Below are positions 41,001 to 55,000 of a stretch of 64,000 nucleotides of DNA, one piece after another. The DNA is taken from positions 48,086-112,085 of the forward strand of contig CAXHJY010001175.1 in the NCBI GenBank assembly GCA_964016885.1, read 5' to 3'. Under the pieces are notes generated by a model, which had not been told where the DNA came from, made no database searches, and saw only the letters and a list, made by a program, of their open reading frames with translations. The stretch is from Eledone cirrhosa. Lineage: Eukaryota. The first letter of the stretch is position 1; every line of letters begins with the position of its first letter. The position numbers and the translations under genes were made by a program.

Positions 41001-43006
41001 CCACACATAGCCAATGAGTGTCTGCACATGTACCAGTAATTACAGATCGATCCGACCACGGGCGGCCGGCCCGCGATTGAAAAGGTAACTCCGCCGGCAA
41101 ATCGTCATTTTTGGATTCGTTTTCTTCGAAGCACACCATTCGCCGGCGGACTTTGTTGACGTTTAACACGGTTTGGTTCCACAGCCACAACTATTGAATT
41201 TACGGAGATATCTTGCTGAAATTCACGCCACACATAGCCAATGAGTGTCTGCACATGTACCAGTAATTACAGATCGATCCGACCACGGGCGGCCGGCCCG
41301 CGATTGAAAAGGTAACTCCGCCGGCAAATCGTCATTTTTGGATTCGTTTTCTTCGAAGCACACCATTCGCCGGCGGACTTTGTTGACGTTTAACACGGTT
41401 TGGTTCCACAGCCACAACTATTGATTTTACGGAGATATCTTGCTGAAATTCACGCCGCACATAGCCAATGAGTGTCTGCACATGTACCAGTAATTACAGA
41501 TCGATCCGACCACGGGCGGCCGGCCCGCGATTGAAAAGGTAACTCCGCCGGCAAATCGTCATTTTTGGATTCGTTTTCTTCGAAGCACACCATTCGCCGG
41601 CGGACTTTGTTGACGTTTAACACGGTTTGGTTCCACAGCCACAACTATTGATTTTACGGAGATATCTTGCTGAAATTCACGCCGCACATAGCCAATGGGT
41701 GTCTGCACATGTACCAGTAATTACAGATCGATCCGACCACGGGCGGCCGGCCCGCGATTGAAAAGGTAACTCCGCCGGCAAATCGTCATTTTTGGATTCG
41801 TTTTCTTCGAAGCACACCATTCGCCGGCGGACATTGTTGACGTTTAACACGGTTTGGTTCCACAGCCACAACTATTGATTTTACGGAGATATCTTGCTGA
41901 AATTCACGCCACACATAGCCAATGAGTGTCTGCACATCTACCAGTAATTACAGACCGATCCGACCACGGGCGGCCGGCCCGCGATTGAAAAGGTAACTCC
42001 GCCGGCAAATCGTCATTTTTGGATTCGTTTTCTTCGAAGCACACCATTCGCCGGCGGACTTTGTTGACGTTTAACACGGTTTGGTTCCACAGCCACAACT
42101 ATTGATTTTACGGAGATATCTTGCTGAAATTCACGCCGCACATAGCCAATGAGTGTCTGCACATGTACCAGTAATTACAGATCGATCCGACCACGGGCGG
42201 CCGGCCCGCGATTGAAAAGGTAACTCCGCCGGCAAATCGTCATTTTTGGATTCGTTTTCTTCGAAGCACACCATTCGCCGGCGGACTTTGTTGACGTTTA
42301 ACACGGTTTGGTTCCACAGCCACAACTATTGATTTTACGGAGATATCTTGCTGAAATTCACGCCGCACATAGCCAATGAGTGTCTGCACATGTACCAGTA
42401 ATTACAGATCGATCCGACCACGGGCGGCCGGCCCGCGATTGAAAAGGTAACTCCGCCGGCAAATCGTCATTTTTGGATTCGTTTTCTTCGAAGCACACCA
42501 TTCGCCGGCGGACTTTGTTGACGTTTAACACGGTTTGGTTCCACAGCCACAACTATTGATTTTACGGAGATATCTTGCTGAAATTCACGCCGCACATAGC
42601 CAATGAGTGTCTGCACATGTACCAGTAATTACAGATCGATCCGACCACGGGCGGCCGGCCCGCGATTGAAAAGGTAACTCCGCCGGCAAATCGTCATTTT
42701 TGGATTCGTTTTCTTCGAAGCACACCATTCGCCGGCGGACTTTGTTGACGTTTAACACGGTTTGGTTCCACAGCCACAACTATTGATTTTACGGAGATAT
42801 CTTGCTGAAATTCACGCCACACATAGCCAATGAGTGTCTGCACATGTACCAGTAATTACAGATCGATCTGACCACGGGCGGCCGGCCCGCGATTGAAAAG
42901 GTAACTCCGCCGGCAAATCGTCATTTTTGGATTCGTTTTCTTCGAAGCACACCATTCGCCGGCGGACTTTGTTGACGTTTAACACGGTTTGGTTCCACAG
43001 CCACAA
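38013..43006. repeat. Exact tandem duplication of an 11-monomer (2497 bp) block: 38013-40509 and 40510-43006
   Basis: Same haplotype order in both halves. The 210T+219A unit starts each half, and the 170C+187C unit (CATCTA...AGACCG) occurs only at ORFs 39407 and 41904, 2497 bp apart. Confidence 0.9.
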
Positions 43007-46000
43007 CTATTGATTTTACGGAGATATCTTGCTGAAATTCACGCCGCACATAGCCAATGAGTGTCTGCACATGTACCAGTAATTACAGATCGATCCGACC
43101 ACGGGCGGCCGGCCCGCGATTGAAAAGGTAACTCCGCCGGCAAATCGTCATTTTTGGATTCGTTTTCTTCGAAGCACACCATTCGCCGGCGGACTTTGTT
43201 GACGTTTAACACGGTTTGGTTCCACAGCCACAACTATTGATTTTACGGAGATATCTTGCTGAAATTCACGCCGCACATAGCCAATGAGTGTCTGCACATG
43301 TACCAGTAATTACAGATCGATCCGACCACGGGCGGCCGGCCCGCGATTGAAAAGGTAACTCCGCCGGCAAATCGTCATTTTTGGATTCGTTTTCTTCGAA
43401 GCACACCATTCGCCGGCGGACATTGTTGACGTTTAACACGGTTTGGTTCCACAGCCACAACTATTGATTTTACGGAGATATCTTGCTGAAATTCACGCCA
43501 CACATAGCCAATGAGTGTCTGCACATGTACCAGTAATTACAGATCGATCCGACCACGGGCGGCCGGCCCGCGATTGAAAAGGTAACTCCGCCGGCAAATC
43601 GTCATTTTTGGATTCGTTTTCTTCGAAGCACACCATTCGCCGGCGGACTTTGTTGACGTTTAACACGGTTTGGTTCCACAGCCACAACTATTGAATTTAC
43701 GGAGATATCTTGCTGAAATTCACGCCACACATAGCCAATGAGTGTCTACACATGTACCAGTAATTACAGATCGATCCGACCACGGGCGGCCGGCCCGCGA
43801 TTGAAAAGGTAACTCCGCCGGCAAATCGTCATTTTTGGATTCGTTTTCTTCGAAGCACACCATTCGCCGGCGGACTTTGTTGACGTTTAACACGGTTTGG
43901 TTCCACAGCCACAACTATTGATTTTACGGAGATATCTTGCTGAAATTCACGCCGCACATAGCCAATGAGTGTCTGCACATGTACCAGTAATTACAGATCG
44001 ATCCGACCACGGGCGGCCGGCCCGCGATTGAAAAGGTAACTCCGCCGGCAAATCGTCATTTTTGGATTCGTTTTCTTCGAAGCACACCATTCGCCGGCGG
44101 ACTTTGTTGACGTTTAACACGGTTTGGTTCCACAGCCACAACTATTGATTTTACGGAGATATCTTGCTGAAATTCACGCCGCACATAGCCAATGAGTGTC
44201 TGCACATGTACCAGTAATTACAGATCGATCCGACCACGGGCGGCCGGCCCGCGATTGAAAAGGTAACTCCGCCGGCAAATCGTCATTTTTGGATTCGTTT
44301 TCTTCGAAGCACACCATTCGCCGGCGGACTTTGTTGACGTTTAACACGGTTTGGTTCCACAGCCACAACTATTGATTTTACGGAGATATCTTGCTGAAAT
44401 TCACGCCACACATAGCCAATGAGTGTCTGCACATGTACCAGTAATTACAGATCGATCTGACCACGGGCGGCCGGCCCGCGATTGAAAAGGTAACTCCGCC
44501 GGCAAATCGTCATTTTTGGATTCGTTTTCTTCGAAGCACACCATTCGCCGGCGGACTTTGTTGACGTTTAACACGGTTTGGTTCCACAGCCACAACTATT
44601 GATTTTACGGAGATATCTTGCTGAAATTCACGCCGCACATAGCCAATGAGTGTCTGCACATGTACCAGTAATTACAGATCGATCCGACCACGGGCGGCCG
44701 GCCCGCGATTGAAAAGGTAACTCCGCCGGCAAATCGTCATTTTTGGATTCGTTTTCTTCGAAGCACACCATTCGCCGGCGGACTTTGTTGACGTTTAACA
44801 CGGTTTGGTTCCACAGCCACAACTATTGATTTTACGGAGATATCTTGCTGAAATTCACGCCGCACATAGCCAATGAGTGTCTGCACATGTACCAGTAATT
44901 ACAGATCGATCCGACCACGGGCGGCCGGCCCGCGATTGAAAAGGTAACTCCGCCGGCAAATCGTCATTTTTGGATTCGTTTTCTTCGAAGCACACCATTC
45001 GCCGGCGGACATTGTTGACGTTTAACACGGTTTGGTTCCACAGCCACAACTATTGATTTTACGGAGATATCTTGCTGAAATTCACGCCACACATAGCCAA
45101 TGAGTGTCTGCACATGTACCAGTAATTACAGATCGATCCGACCACGGGCGGCCGGCCCGCGATTGAAAAGGTAACTCCGCCGGCAAATCGTCATTTTTGG
45201 ATTCGTTTTCTTCGAAGCACACCATTCGCCGGCGGACTTTGTTGACGTTTAACACGGTTTGGTTCCACAGCCACAACTATTGAATTTACGGAGATATCTT
45301 GCTGAAATTCACGCCACACATAGCCAATGAGTGTCTGCACATGTACCAGTAATTACAGATCGATCCGACCACGGGCGGCCGGTCCGCGATTAAAAAGGTA
45401 ACTCCGCCGGCAAATCGTCATTTTTGGATTCGTTTTCTTCGAAGCACACCATTCGCCGGCGGACTTTGTTGACGTTTAACACGGTTTGGTTCCACAGCCA
45501 CAACTATTGAATTCACGGAGATATCTTGCTGAAATTCACGCCGCACATAGCCAATGAGTGTCTGCACATGTACCAGTAATTACAGATCGATCCGACCACG
45601 GGCGGCCGGCCCGCGATTGAAAAGGTAACTCAGCCGGCAAATCGTCATTTTTGGATTCGTTTTCTTCGAAGCACACCATTCGCCGGCGGACTTTGTTGAC
45701 GTTTAACACGGTTTGGTTCCACAGCCACAACTATTGATTTTACGGAGATATCTTGCTGAAATTCACGCCGCACATAGCCAATGAGTGTCTGCACATGTAC
45801 CAGTAATTACAGATCGATCCGACCACGGGCGGCCGGCCCGCGATTGAAAAGGTAACTCCGCCGGCAAATCGTCATTTTTGGATTCGTTTTCTTCGAAGCA
45901 CACCATTCGCCGGCGGACTTTGTTGACGTTTAACACGGTTTGGTTCCACAGCCACAACTATTGATTTTACGGAGATATCTTGCTGAAATTCACGCCGCAC

Positions 46001-49000
46001 ATAGCCAATGAGTGTCTGCACATGTACCAGTAATTACAGATCGATCCGACCACGGGCGGCCGGCCCGCGATTGAAAAGGTAACTCCGCCGGCAAATCGTC
46101 ATTTTTGGATTCGTTTTCTTCGAAGCACACCATTCGCCGGCGGACTTTGTTGACGTTTAACACGGTTTGGTTCCACAGCCACAACTATTGATTTTACGGA
46201 GATATCTTGCTGAAATTCACGCCGCACATAGCCAATGAGTGTCTGCACATGTACCAGTAATTACAGATCGATCCGACCACGGGCGGCCGGCCCGCGATTG
46301 AAAAGGTAACTCCGCCGGCAAATCGTCATTTTTGGATTCGTTTTCTTCGAAGCACACCATTCGCCGGCGGACATTGTTGACGTTTAACACGGTTTGGTTC
46401 CACAGCCACAACTATTGATTTTACGGAGATATCTTGCTGAAATTCACGCCACACATAGCCAATGAGTGTCTGCACATGTACCAGTAATTACAGATCGATC
46501 CGACCACGGGCGGCCGGCCCGCGATTGAAAAGGTAACTCCGCCGGCAAATCGTCATTTTTGGATTCGTTTTCTTCGAAGCACACCATTCGCCGGCGGACT
46601 TTGTTGACGTTTAACACGGTTTGGTTCCACAGCCACAACTATTGAATTTACGGAGATATCTTGCTGAAATTCACGCCACACATAGCCAATGAGTGTCTAC
46701 ACATGTACCAGTAATTACAGATCGATCCGACCACGGGCGGCCGGCCCGCGATTGAAAAGGTAACTCCGCCGGCAAATCGTCATTTTTGGATTCGTTTTCT
46801 TCGAAGCACACCATTCGCCGGCGGACTTTGTTGACGTTTAACACGGTTTGGTTCCACAGCCACAACTATTGATTTTACGGAGATATCTTGCTGAAATTCA
46901 CGCCGCACATAGCCAATGAGTGTCTGCACATGTACCAGTAATTACAGATCGATCCGACCACGGGCGGCCGGCCCGCGATTGAAAAGGTAACTCCGCCGGC
47001 AAATCGTCATTTTTGGATTCGTTTTCTTCGAAGCACACCATTCGCCGGCGGACTTTGTTGACGTTTAACACGGTTTGGTTCCACAGCCACAACTATTGAT
47101 TTTACGGAGATATCTTGCTGAAATTCACGCCGCACATAGCCAATGAGTGTCTGCACATGTACCAGTAATTACAGATCGATCCGACCACGGGCGGCCGGCC
47201 CGCGATTGAAAAGGTAACTCCGCCGGCAAATCGTCATTTTTGGATTCGTTTTCTTCGAAGCACACCATTCGCCGGCGGACTTTGTTGACGTTTAACACGG
47301 TTTGGTTCCACAGCCACAACTATTGAATTTACGGAGATATCTTGCTGAAATTCACGCCACACATAGCCAATGAGTGTCTGCACATGTACCAGTAATTACA
47401 GATCGATCCGACCACGGGCGGCCGGTCCGCGATTAAAAAGGTAACTCCGCCGGCAAATCGTCATTTTTGGATTCGTTTTCTTCGAAGCACACCATTCGCC
47501 GGCGGACTTTGTTGACGTTTAACACGGTTTGGTTCCACAGCCACAACTATTGAATTCACGGAGATATCTTGCTGAAATTCACGCCGCACATAGCCAATGA
47601 GTGTCTGCACATGTACCAGTAATTACAGATCGATCCGACCACGGGCGGCCGGCCCGCGATTGAAAAGGTAACTCAGCCGGCAAATCGTCATTTTTGGATT
47701 CGTTTTCTTCGAAGCACACCATTCGCCGGCGGACTTTGTTGACGTTTAACACGGTTTGGTTCCACAGCCACAACTATTGATTTTACGGAGATATCTTGCT
47801 GAAATTCACGCCGCACATAGCCAATGAGTGTCTGCACATGTACCAGTAATTACAGATCGATCCGACCACGGGCGGCCGGCCCGCGATTGAAAAGGTAACT
47901 CCGCCGGCAAATCGTCATTTTTGGATTCGTTTTCTTCGAAGCACACCATTCGCCGGCGGACTTTGTTGACGTTTAACACGGTTTGGTTCCACAGCCACAA
48001 CTATTGATTTTACGGAGATATCTTGCTGAAATTCACGCCGCACATAGCCAATGAGTGTCTGCACATGTACCAGTAATTACAGATCGATCCGACCACGGGC
48101 GGCCGGCCCGCGATTGAAAAGGTAACTCCGCCGGCAAATCGTCATTTTTGGATTCGTTTTCTTCGAAGCACACCATTCGCCGGCGGACTTTGTTGACGTT
48201 TAACACGGTTTGGTTCCACAGCCACAACTATTGAATTTACGGAGATATCTTGCTGAAATTCACGCCACACATAGCCAATGAGTGTCTGCACATGTACCAG
48301 TAATTACAGATCGATCTGACCACGGCCGGCCGGCCCGCGATTGAAAAGGTAACTCCGCCGGCAAATCGTCATTTTTGGATTCGTTTTCTTCGAAGCACAC
48401 CATTCGCCGGCGGACTTTGTTGACGTTTAACACGGTTTGGTTCCACAGCCACAACTATTGATTTTACGGAGATATCTTGCTGAAATTCACGCCGCACATA
48501 GCCAATGAGTGTCTGCACATGTACCAGTAATTACAGATCGATCCGACCACGGGCGGCCGGCCCGCGATTGAAAAGGTAACTCCGCCGGCAAATCGTCATT
48601 TTTGGATTCGTTTTCTTCGAAGCACACCATTCGCCGGCGGACTTTGTTGACGTTTAACACGGTTTGGTTCCACAGCCACAACTATTGATTTTACGGAGAT
48701 ATCTTGCTGAAATTCACGCCGCACATAGCCAATGAGTGTCTGCACATGTACCAGTAATTACAGATCGATCCGACCACGGGCGGCCGGCCCGCGATTGAAA
48801 AGGTAACTCCGCCGGCAAATCGTCATTTTTGGATTCGTTTTCTTCGAAGCACACCATTCGCCGGCGGACTTTGTTGACGTTTAACACGGTTTGGTTCCAC
48901 AGCCACAACTATTGATTTTACGGAGATATCTTGCTGAAATTCACGCCGCACATAGCCAATGAGTGTCTGCACATGTACCAGTAATTACAGATCGATCCGA

Positions 49001-52000
49001 CCACGGGCGGCCGGCCCGCGATTGAAAAGGTAACTCCGCCGGCAAATCGTCATTTTTGGATTCGTTTTCTTCGAAGCACACCATTCGCCGGCGGACTTTG
49101 TTGACGTTTAACACGGTTTGGTTCCACAGCCACAACTATTGATTTTACGGAGATATCTTGCTGAAATTCACGCCACACATAGCCATTGAGTGTCTGCACA
49201 TGTACCAGTAATTACAGATCGATCCGACCACGGGCGGCCGGCCCGCGATTAAAAAGGTAACTCCGCCGGCAAATCGTCATTTTTGGATTCGTTTTCTTCG
49301 AAGCACACCATTCGCCGGCGGACTTTGTTGACGTTTAACACGGTTTGGTTCCACAGCCACAACTATTGAATTTACGGAGATATCTTGCTGAAATTCACGC
49401 CACACATAGCCAATGAGTGTCTGCACATGTACCAGTAATTACAGATCGATCTGACCACGGGCGGCCGGCCCGCGATTGAAAAGGTAACTCCGCCGGCAAA
49501 TCGTCATTTTTGGATTCGTTTTCTTCGAAGCACACCATTCGCCGGCGGACTTTGTTGACGTTTAACACGGTTTGGTTCCACAGCCACAACTATTGATTTT
49601 ACGGAGATATCTTGCTGAAATTCACGCCGCACATAGCCAATGAGTGTCTGCACATGTACCAGTAATTACAGATCGATCCGACCACGGGCGGCCGGCCCGC
49701 GATTGAAAAGGTAACTCCGCCGGCAAATCGTCATTTTTGGATTCGTTTTCTTCGAAGCACACCATTCGCCGGCGGACTTTGTTGACGTTTAACACGGTTT
49801 GGTTCCACAGCCACAACTATTGATTTTACGGAGATATCTTGCTGAAATTCACGCCGCACATAGCCAATGAGTGTCTGCACATGTACCAGTAATTACAGAT
49901 CGATCCGACCACGGGCGGCCGGCCCGCGATTGAAAAGGTAACTCCGCCGGCAAATCGTCATTTTTGGATTCGTTTTCTTCGAAGCACACCATTCGCCGGC
50001 GGACATTGTTGACGTTTAACACGGTTTGGTTCCACAGCCACAACTATTGATTTTACGGAGATATCTTGCTGAAATTCACGCCACACATAGCCAATGAGTG
50101 TCTGCACATGTACCAGTAATTACAGATCGATCCGACCACGGGCGGCCGGCCCGCGATTGAAAAGGTAACTCCGCCGGCAAATCGTCATTTTTGGATTCGT
50201 TTTCTTCGAAGCACACCATTCGCCGGCGGACTTTGTTGACGTTTAACACGGTTTGGTTCCACAGCCACAACTATTGAATTTACGGAGATATCTTGCTGAA
50301 ATTCACGCCACACATAGCCAATGAGTGTCTGCACATGTACCAGTAATTACAGATCGATCTGACCACGGCCGGCCGGCCCGCGATTGAAAAGGTAACTCCG
50401 CCGGCAAATCGTCATTTTTGGATTCGTTTTCTTCGAAGCACACCATTCGCCGGCGGACTTTGTTGACGTTTAACACGGTTTGGTTCCACAGCCACAACTA
50501 TTGATTTTACGGAGATATCTTGCTGAAATTCACGCCGCACATAGCCAATGAGTGTCTGCACATGTACCAGTAATTACAGATCGATCCGACCACGGGCGGC
50601 CGGCCCGCGATTGAAAAGGTAACTCCGCCGGCAAATCGTCATTTTTGGATTCGTTTTCTTCGAAGCACACCATTCGCCGGCGGACTTTGTTGACGTTTAA
50701 CACGGTTTGGTTCCACAGCCACAACTATTGATTTTACGGAGATATCTTGCTGAAATTCACGCCGCACATAGCCAATGAGTGTCTGCACATGTACCAGTAA
50801 TTACAGATCGATCCGACCACGGGCGGCCGGCCCGCGATTGAAAAGGTAACTCCGCCGGCAAATCGTCATTTTTGGATTCGTTTTCTTCGAAGCACACCAT
50901 TCGCCGGCGGACTTTGTTGACGTTTAACACGGTTTGGTTCCACAGCCACAACTATTGATTTTACGGAGATATCTTGCTGAAATTCACGCCGCACATAGCC
51001 AATGAGTGTCTGCACATGTACCAGTAATTACAGATCGATCCGACCACGGGCGGCCGGCCCGCGATTGAAAAGGTAACTCCGCCGGCAAATCGTCATTTTT
51101 GGATTCGTTTTCTTCGAAGCACACCATTCGCCGGCGGACATTGTTGACGTTTAACACGGTTTGGTTCCACAGCCACAACTATTGATTTTACGGAGATATC
51201 TTGCTGAAATTCACGCCACACATAGCCAATGAGTGTCTGCACATGTACCAGTAATTACAGATCGATCCGACCACGGGCGGCCGGCCCGCGATTGAAAAGG
51301 TAACTCCGCCGGCAAATCGTCATTTTTGGATTCGTTTTCTTCGAAGCACACCATTCGCCGGCGGACTTTGTTGACGTTTAACACGGTTTGGTTCCACAGC
51401 CACAACTATTGAATTTACGGAGATATCTTGCTGAAATTCACGCCACACATAGCCAATGAGTGTCTGCACATGTACCAGTAATTACAGATCGATCCGACCA
51501 CGGGCGGCCGGCCCGCGATTGAAAAGGTAACTCCGCCGGCAAATCGTCATTTTTGGATTCGTTTTCTTCGAAGCACACCATTCGCCGGCGGACTTTGTTG
51601 ACGTTTAACACGGTTTGGTTCCACAGCCACAACTATTGAATTTACGGAGATATCTTGCTGAAATTCACGCCACACATAGCCAATGAGTGTCTGCACATGT
51701 ACCAGTAATTACAGATCGATCTGACCACGGCCGGCCGGCCCGCGATTGAAAAGGTAACTCCGCCGGCAAATCGTCATTTTTGGATTCGTTTTCTTCGAAG
51801 CACACCATTCGCCGGCGGACTTTGTTGACGTTTAACACGGTTTGGTTCCACAGCCACAACTATTGATTTTACGGAGATATCTTGCTGAAATTCACGCCGC
51901 ACATAGCCAATGAGTGTCTGCACATGTACCAGTAATTACAGATCGATCCGACCACGGGCGGCCGGCCCGCGATTGAAAAGGTAACTCCGCCGGCAAATCG

Positions 52001-55000
52001 TCATTTTTGGATTCGTTTTCTTCGAAGCACACCATTCGCCGGCGGACTTTGTTGACGTTTAACACGGTTTGGTTCCACAGCCACAACTATTGATTTTACG
52101 GAGATATCTTGCTGAAATTCACGCCGCACATAGCCAATGAGTGTCTGCACATGTACCAGTAATTACAGATCGATCCGACCACGGGCGGCCGGCCCGCGAT
52201 TGAAAAGGTAACTCCGCCGGCAAATCGTCATTTTTGGATTCGTTTTCTTCGAAGCACACCATTCGCCGGCGGACTTTGTTGACGTTTAACACGGTTTGGT
52301 TCCACAGCCACAACTATTGATTTTACGGAGATATCTTGCTGAAATTCACGCCGCACATAGCCAATGAGTGTCTGCACATGTACCAGTAATTACAGATCGA
52401 TCCGACCACGGGCGGCCGGCCCGCGATTGAAAAGGTAACTCCGCCGGCAAATCGTCATTTTTGGATTCGTTTTCTTCGAAGCACACCATTCGCCGGCGGA
52501 CTTTGTTGACGTTTAACACGGTTTGGTTCCACAGCCACAACTATTGATTTTACGGAGATATCTTGCTGAAATTCACGCCACACATAGCCATTGAGTGTCT
52601 GCACATGTACCAGTAATTACAGATCGATCCGACCACGGGCGGCCGGCCCGCGATTAAAAAGGTAACTCCGCCGGCAAATCGTCATTTTTGGATTCGTTTT
52701 CTTCGAAGCACACCATTCGCCGGCGGACTTTGTTGACGTTTAACACGGTTTGGTTCCACAGCCACAACTATTGAATTTACGGAGATATCTTGCTGAAATT
52801 CACGCCACACATAGCCAATGAGTGTCTGCACATGTACCAGTAATTACAGATCGATCTGACCACGGGCGGCCGGCCCGCGATTGAAAAGGTAACTCCGCCG
52901 GCAAATCGTCATTTTTGGATTCGTTTTCTTCGAAGCACACCATTCGCCGGCGGACTTTGTTGACGTTTAACACGGTTTGGTTCCACAGCCACAACTATTG
53001 ATTTTACGGAGATATCTTGCTGAAATTCACGCCGCACATAGCCAATGAGTGTCTGCACATGTACCAGTAATTACAGATCGATCCGACCACGGGCGGCCGG
53101 CCCGCGATTGAAAAGGTAACTCCGCCGGCAAATCGTCATTTTTGGATTCGTTTTCTTCGAAGCACACCATTCGCCGGCGGACTTTGTTGACGTTTAACAC
53201 GGTTTGGTTCCACAGCCACAACTATTGATTTTACGGAGATATCTTGCTGAAATTCACGCCGCACATAGCCAATGAGTGTCTGCACATGTACCAGTAATTA
53301 CAGATCGATCCGACCACGGGCGGCCGGCCCGCGATTGAAAAGGTAACTCCGCCGGCAAATCGTCATTTTTGGATTCGTTTTCTTCGAAGCACACCATTCG
53401 CCGGCGGACATTGTTGACGTTTAACACGGTTTGGTTCCACAGCCACAACTATTGATTTTACGGAGATATCTTGCTGAAATTCACGCCACACATAGCCAAT
53501 GAGTGTCTGCACATGTACCAGTAATTACAGATCGATCCGACCACGGGCGGCCGGCCCGCGATTGAAAAGGTAACTCCGCCGGCAAATCGTCATTTTTGGA
53601 TTCGTTTTCTTCGAAGCACACCATTCGCCGGCGGACTTTGTTGACGTTTAACACGGTTTGGTTCCACAGCCACAACTATTGAATTTACGGAGATATCTTG
53701 CTGAAATTCACGCCACACATAGCCAATGAGTGTCTGCACATGTACCAGTAATTACAGATCGATCCGACCACGGGCGGCCGGCCCGCGATTGAAAAGGTAA
53801 CTCCGCCGGCAAATCGTCATTTTTGGATTCGTTTTCTTCGAAGCACACCATTCGCCGGCGGACTTTGTTGACGTTTAACACGGTTTGGTTCCACAGCCAC
53901 AACTATTGATTTTACGGAGATATCTTGCTGAAATTCACGCCGCACATAGCCAATGAGTGTCTGCACATGTACCAGTAATTACAGATCGATCCGACCACGG
54001 GCGGCCGGTCCGCGATTAAAAAGGTAACTCCGCCGGCAAATCGTCATTTTTGGATTCGTTTTCTTCGAAGCACACCATTCGCCGGCGGACTTTGTTGACG
54101 TTTAACACGGTTTGGTTCCACAGCCACAACTATTGAATTCACGGAGATATCTTGCTGAAATTCACGCCGCACATAGCCAATGAGTGTCTGCACATGTACC
54201 AGTAATTACAGATCGATCCGACCACGGGCGGCCGGCCCGCGATTGAAAAGGTAACTCCGCCGGCAAATCGTCATTTTTGGATTCGTTTTCTTCGAAGCAC
54301 ACCATTCGCCGGCGGACTTTGTTGACGTTTAACACGGTTTGGTTCCACAGCCACAACTATTGATTTTACGGAGATATCTTGCTGAAATTCACGCCGCACA
54401 TAGCCAATGAGTGTCTGCACATGTACCAGTAATTACAGATCGATCCGACCACGGGCGGCCGGCCCGCGATTGAAAAGGTAACTCCGCCGGCAAATCGTCA
54501 TTTTTGGATTCGTTTTCTTCGAAGCACACCATTCGCCGGCGGACTTTGTTGACGTTTAACACGGTTTGGTTCCACAGCCACAACTATTGATTTTACGGAG
54601 ATATCTTGCTGAAATTCACGCCGCACATAGCCAATGAGTGTCTGCACATGTACCAGTAATTACAGATCGATCCGACCACGGGCGGCCGGCCCGCGATTGA
54701 AAAGGTAACTCCGCCGGCAAATCGTCATTTTTGGATTCGTTTTCTTCGAAGCACACCATTCGCCGGCGGACTTTGTTGACGTTTAACACGGTTTGGTTCC
54801 ACAGCCACAACTATTGAATTTACGGAGATATCTTGCTGAAATTCACGCCACACATAGCCAATGAGTGTCTGCACATGTACCAGTAATTACAGATCGATCT
54901 GACCACGGCCGGCCGGCCCGCGATTGAAAAGGTAACTCCGCCGGCAAATCGTCATTTTTGGATTCGTTTTCTTCGAAGCACACCATTCGCCGGCGGACTT

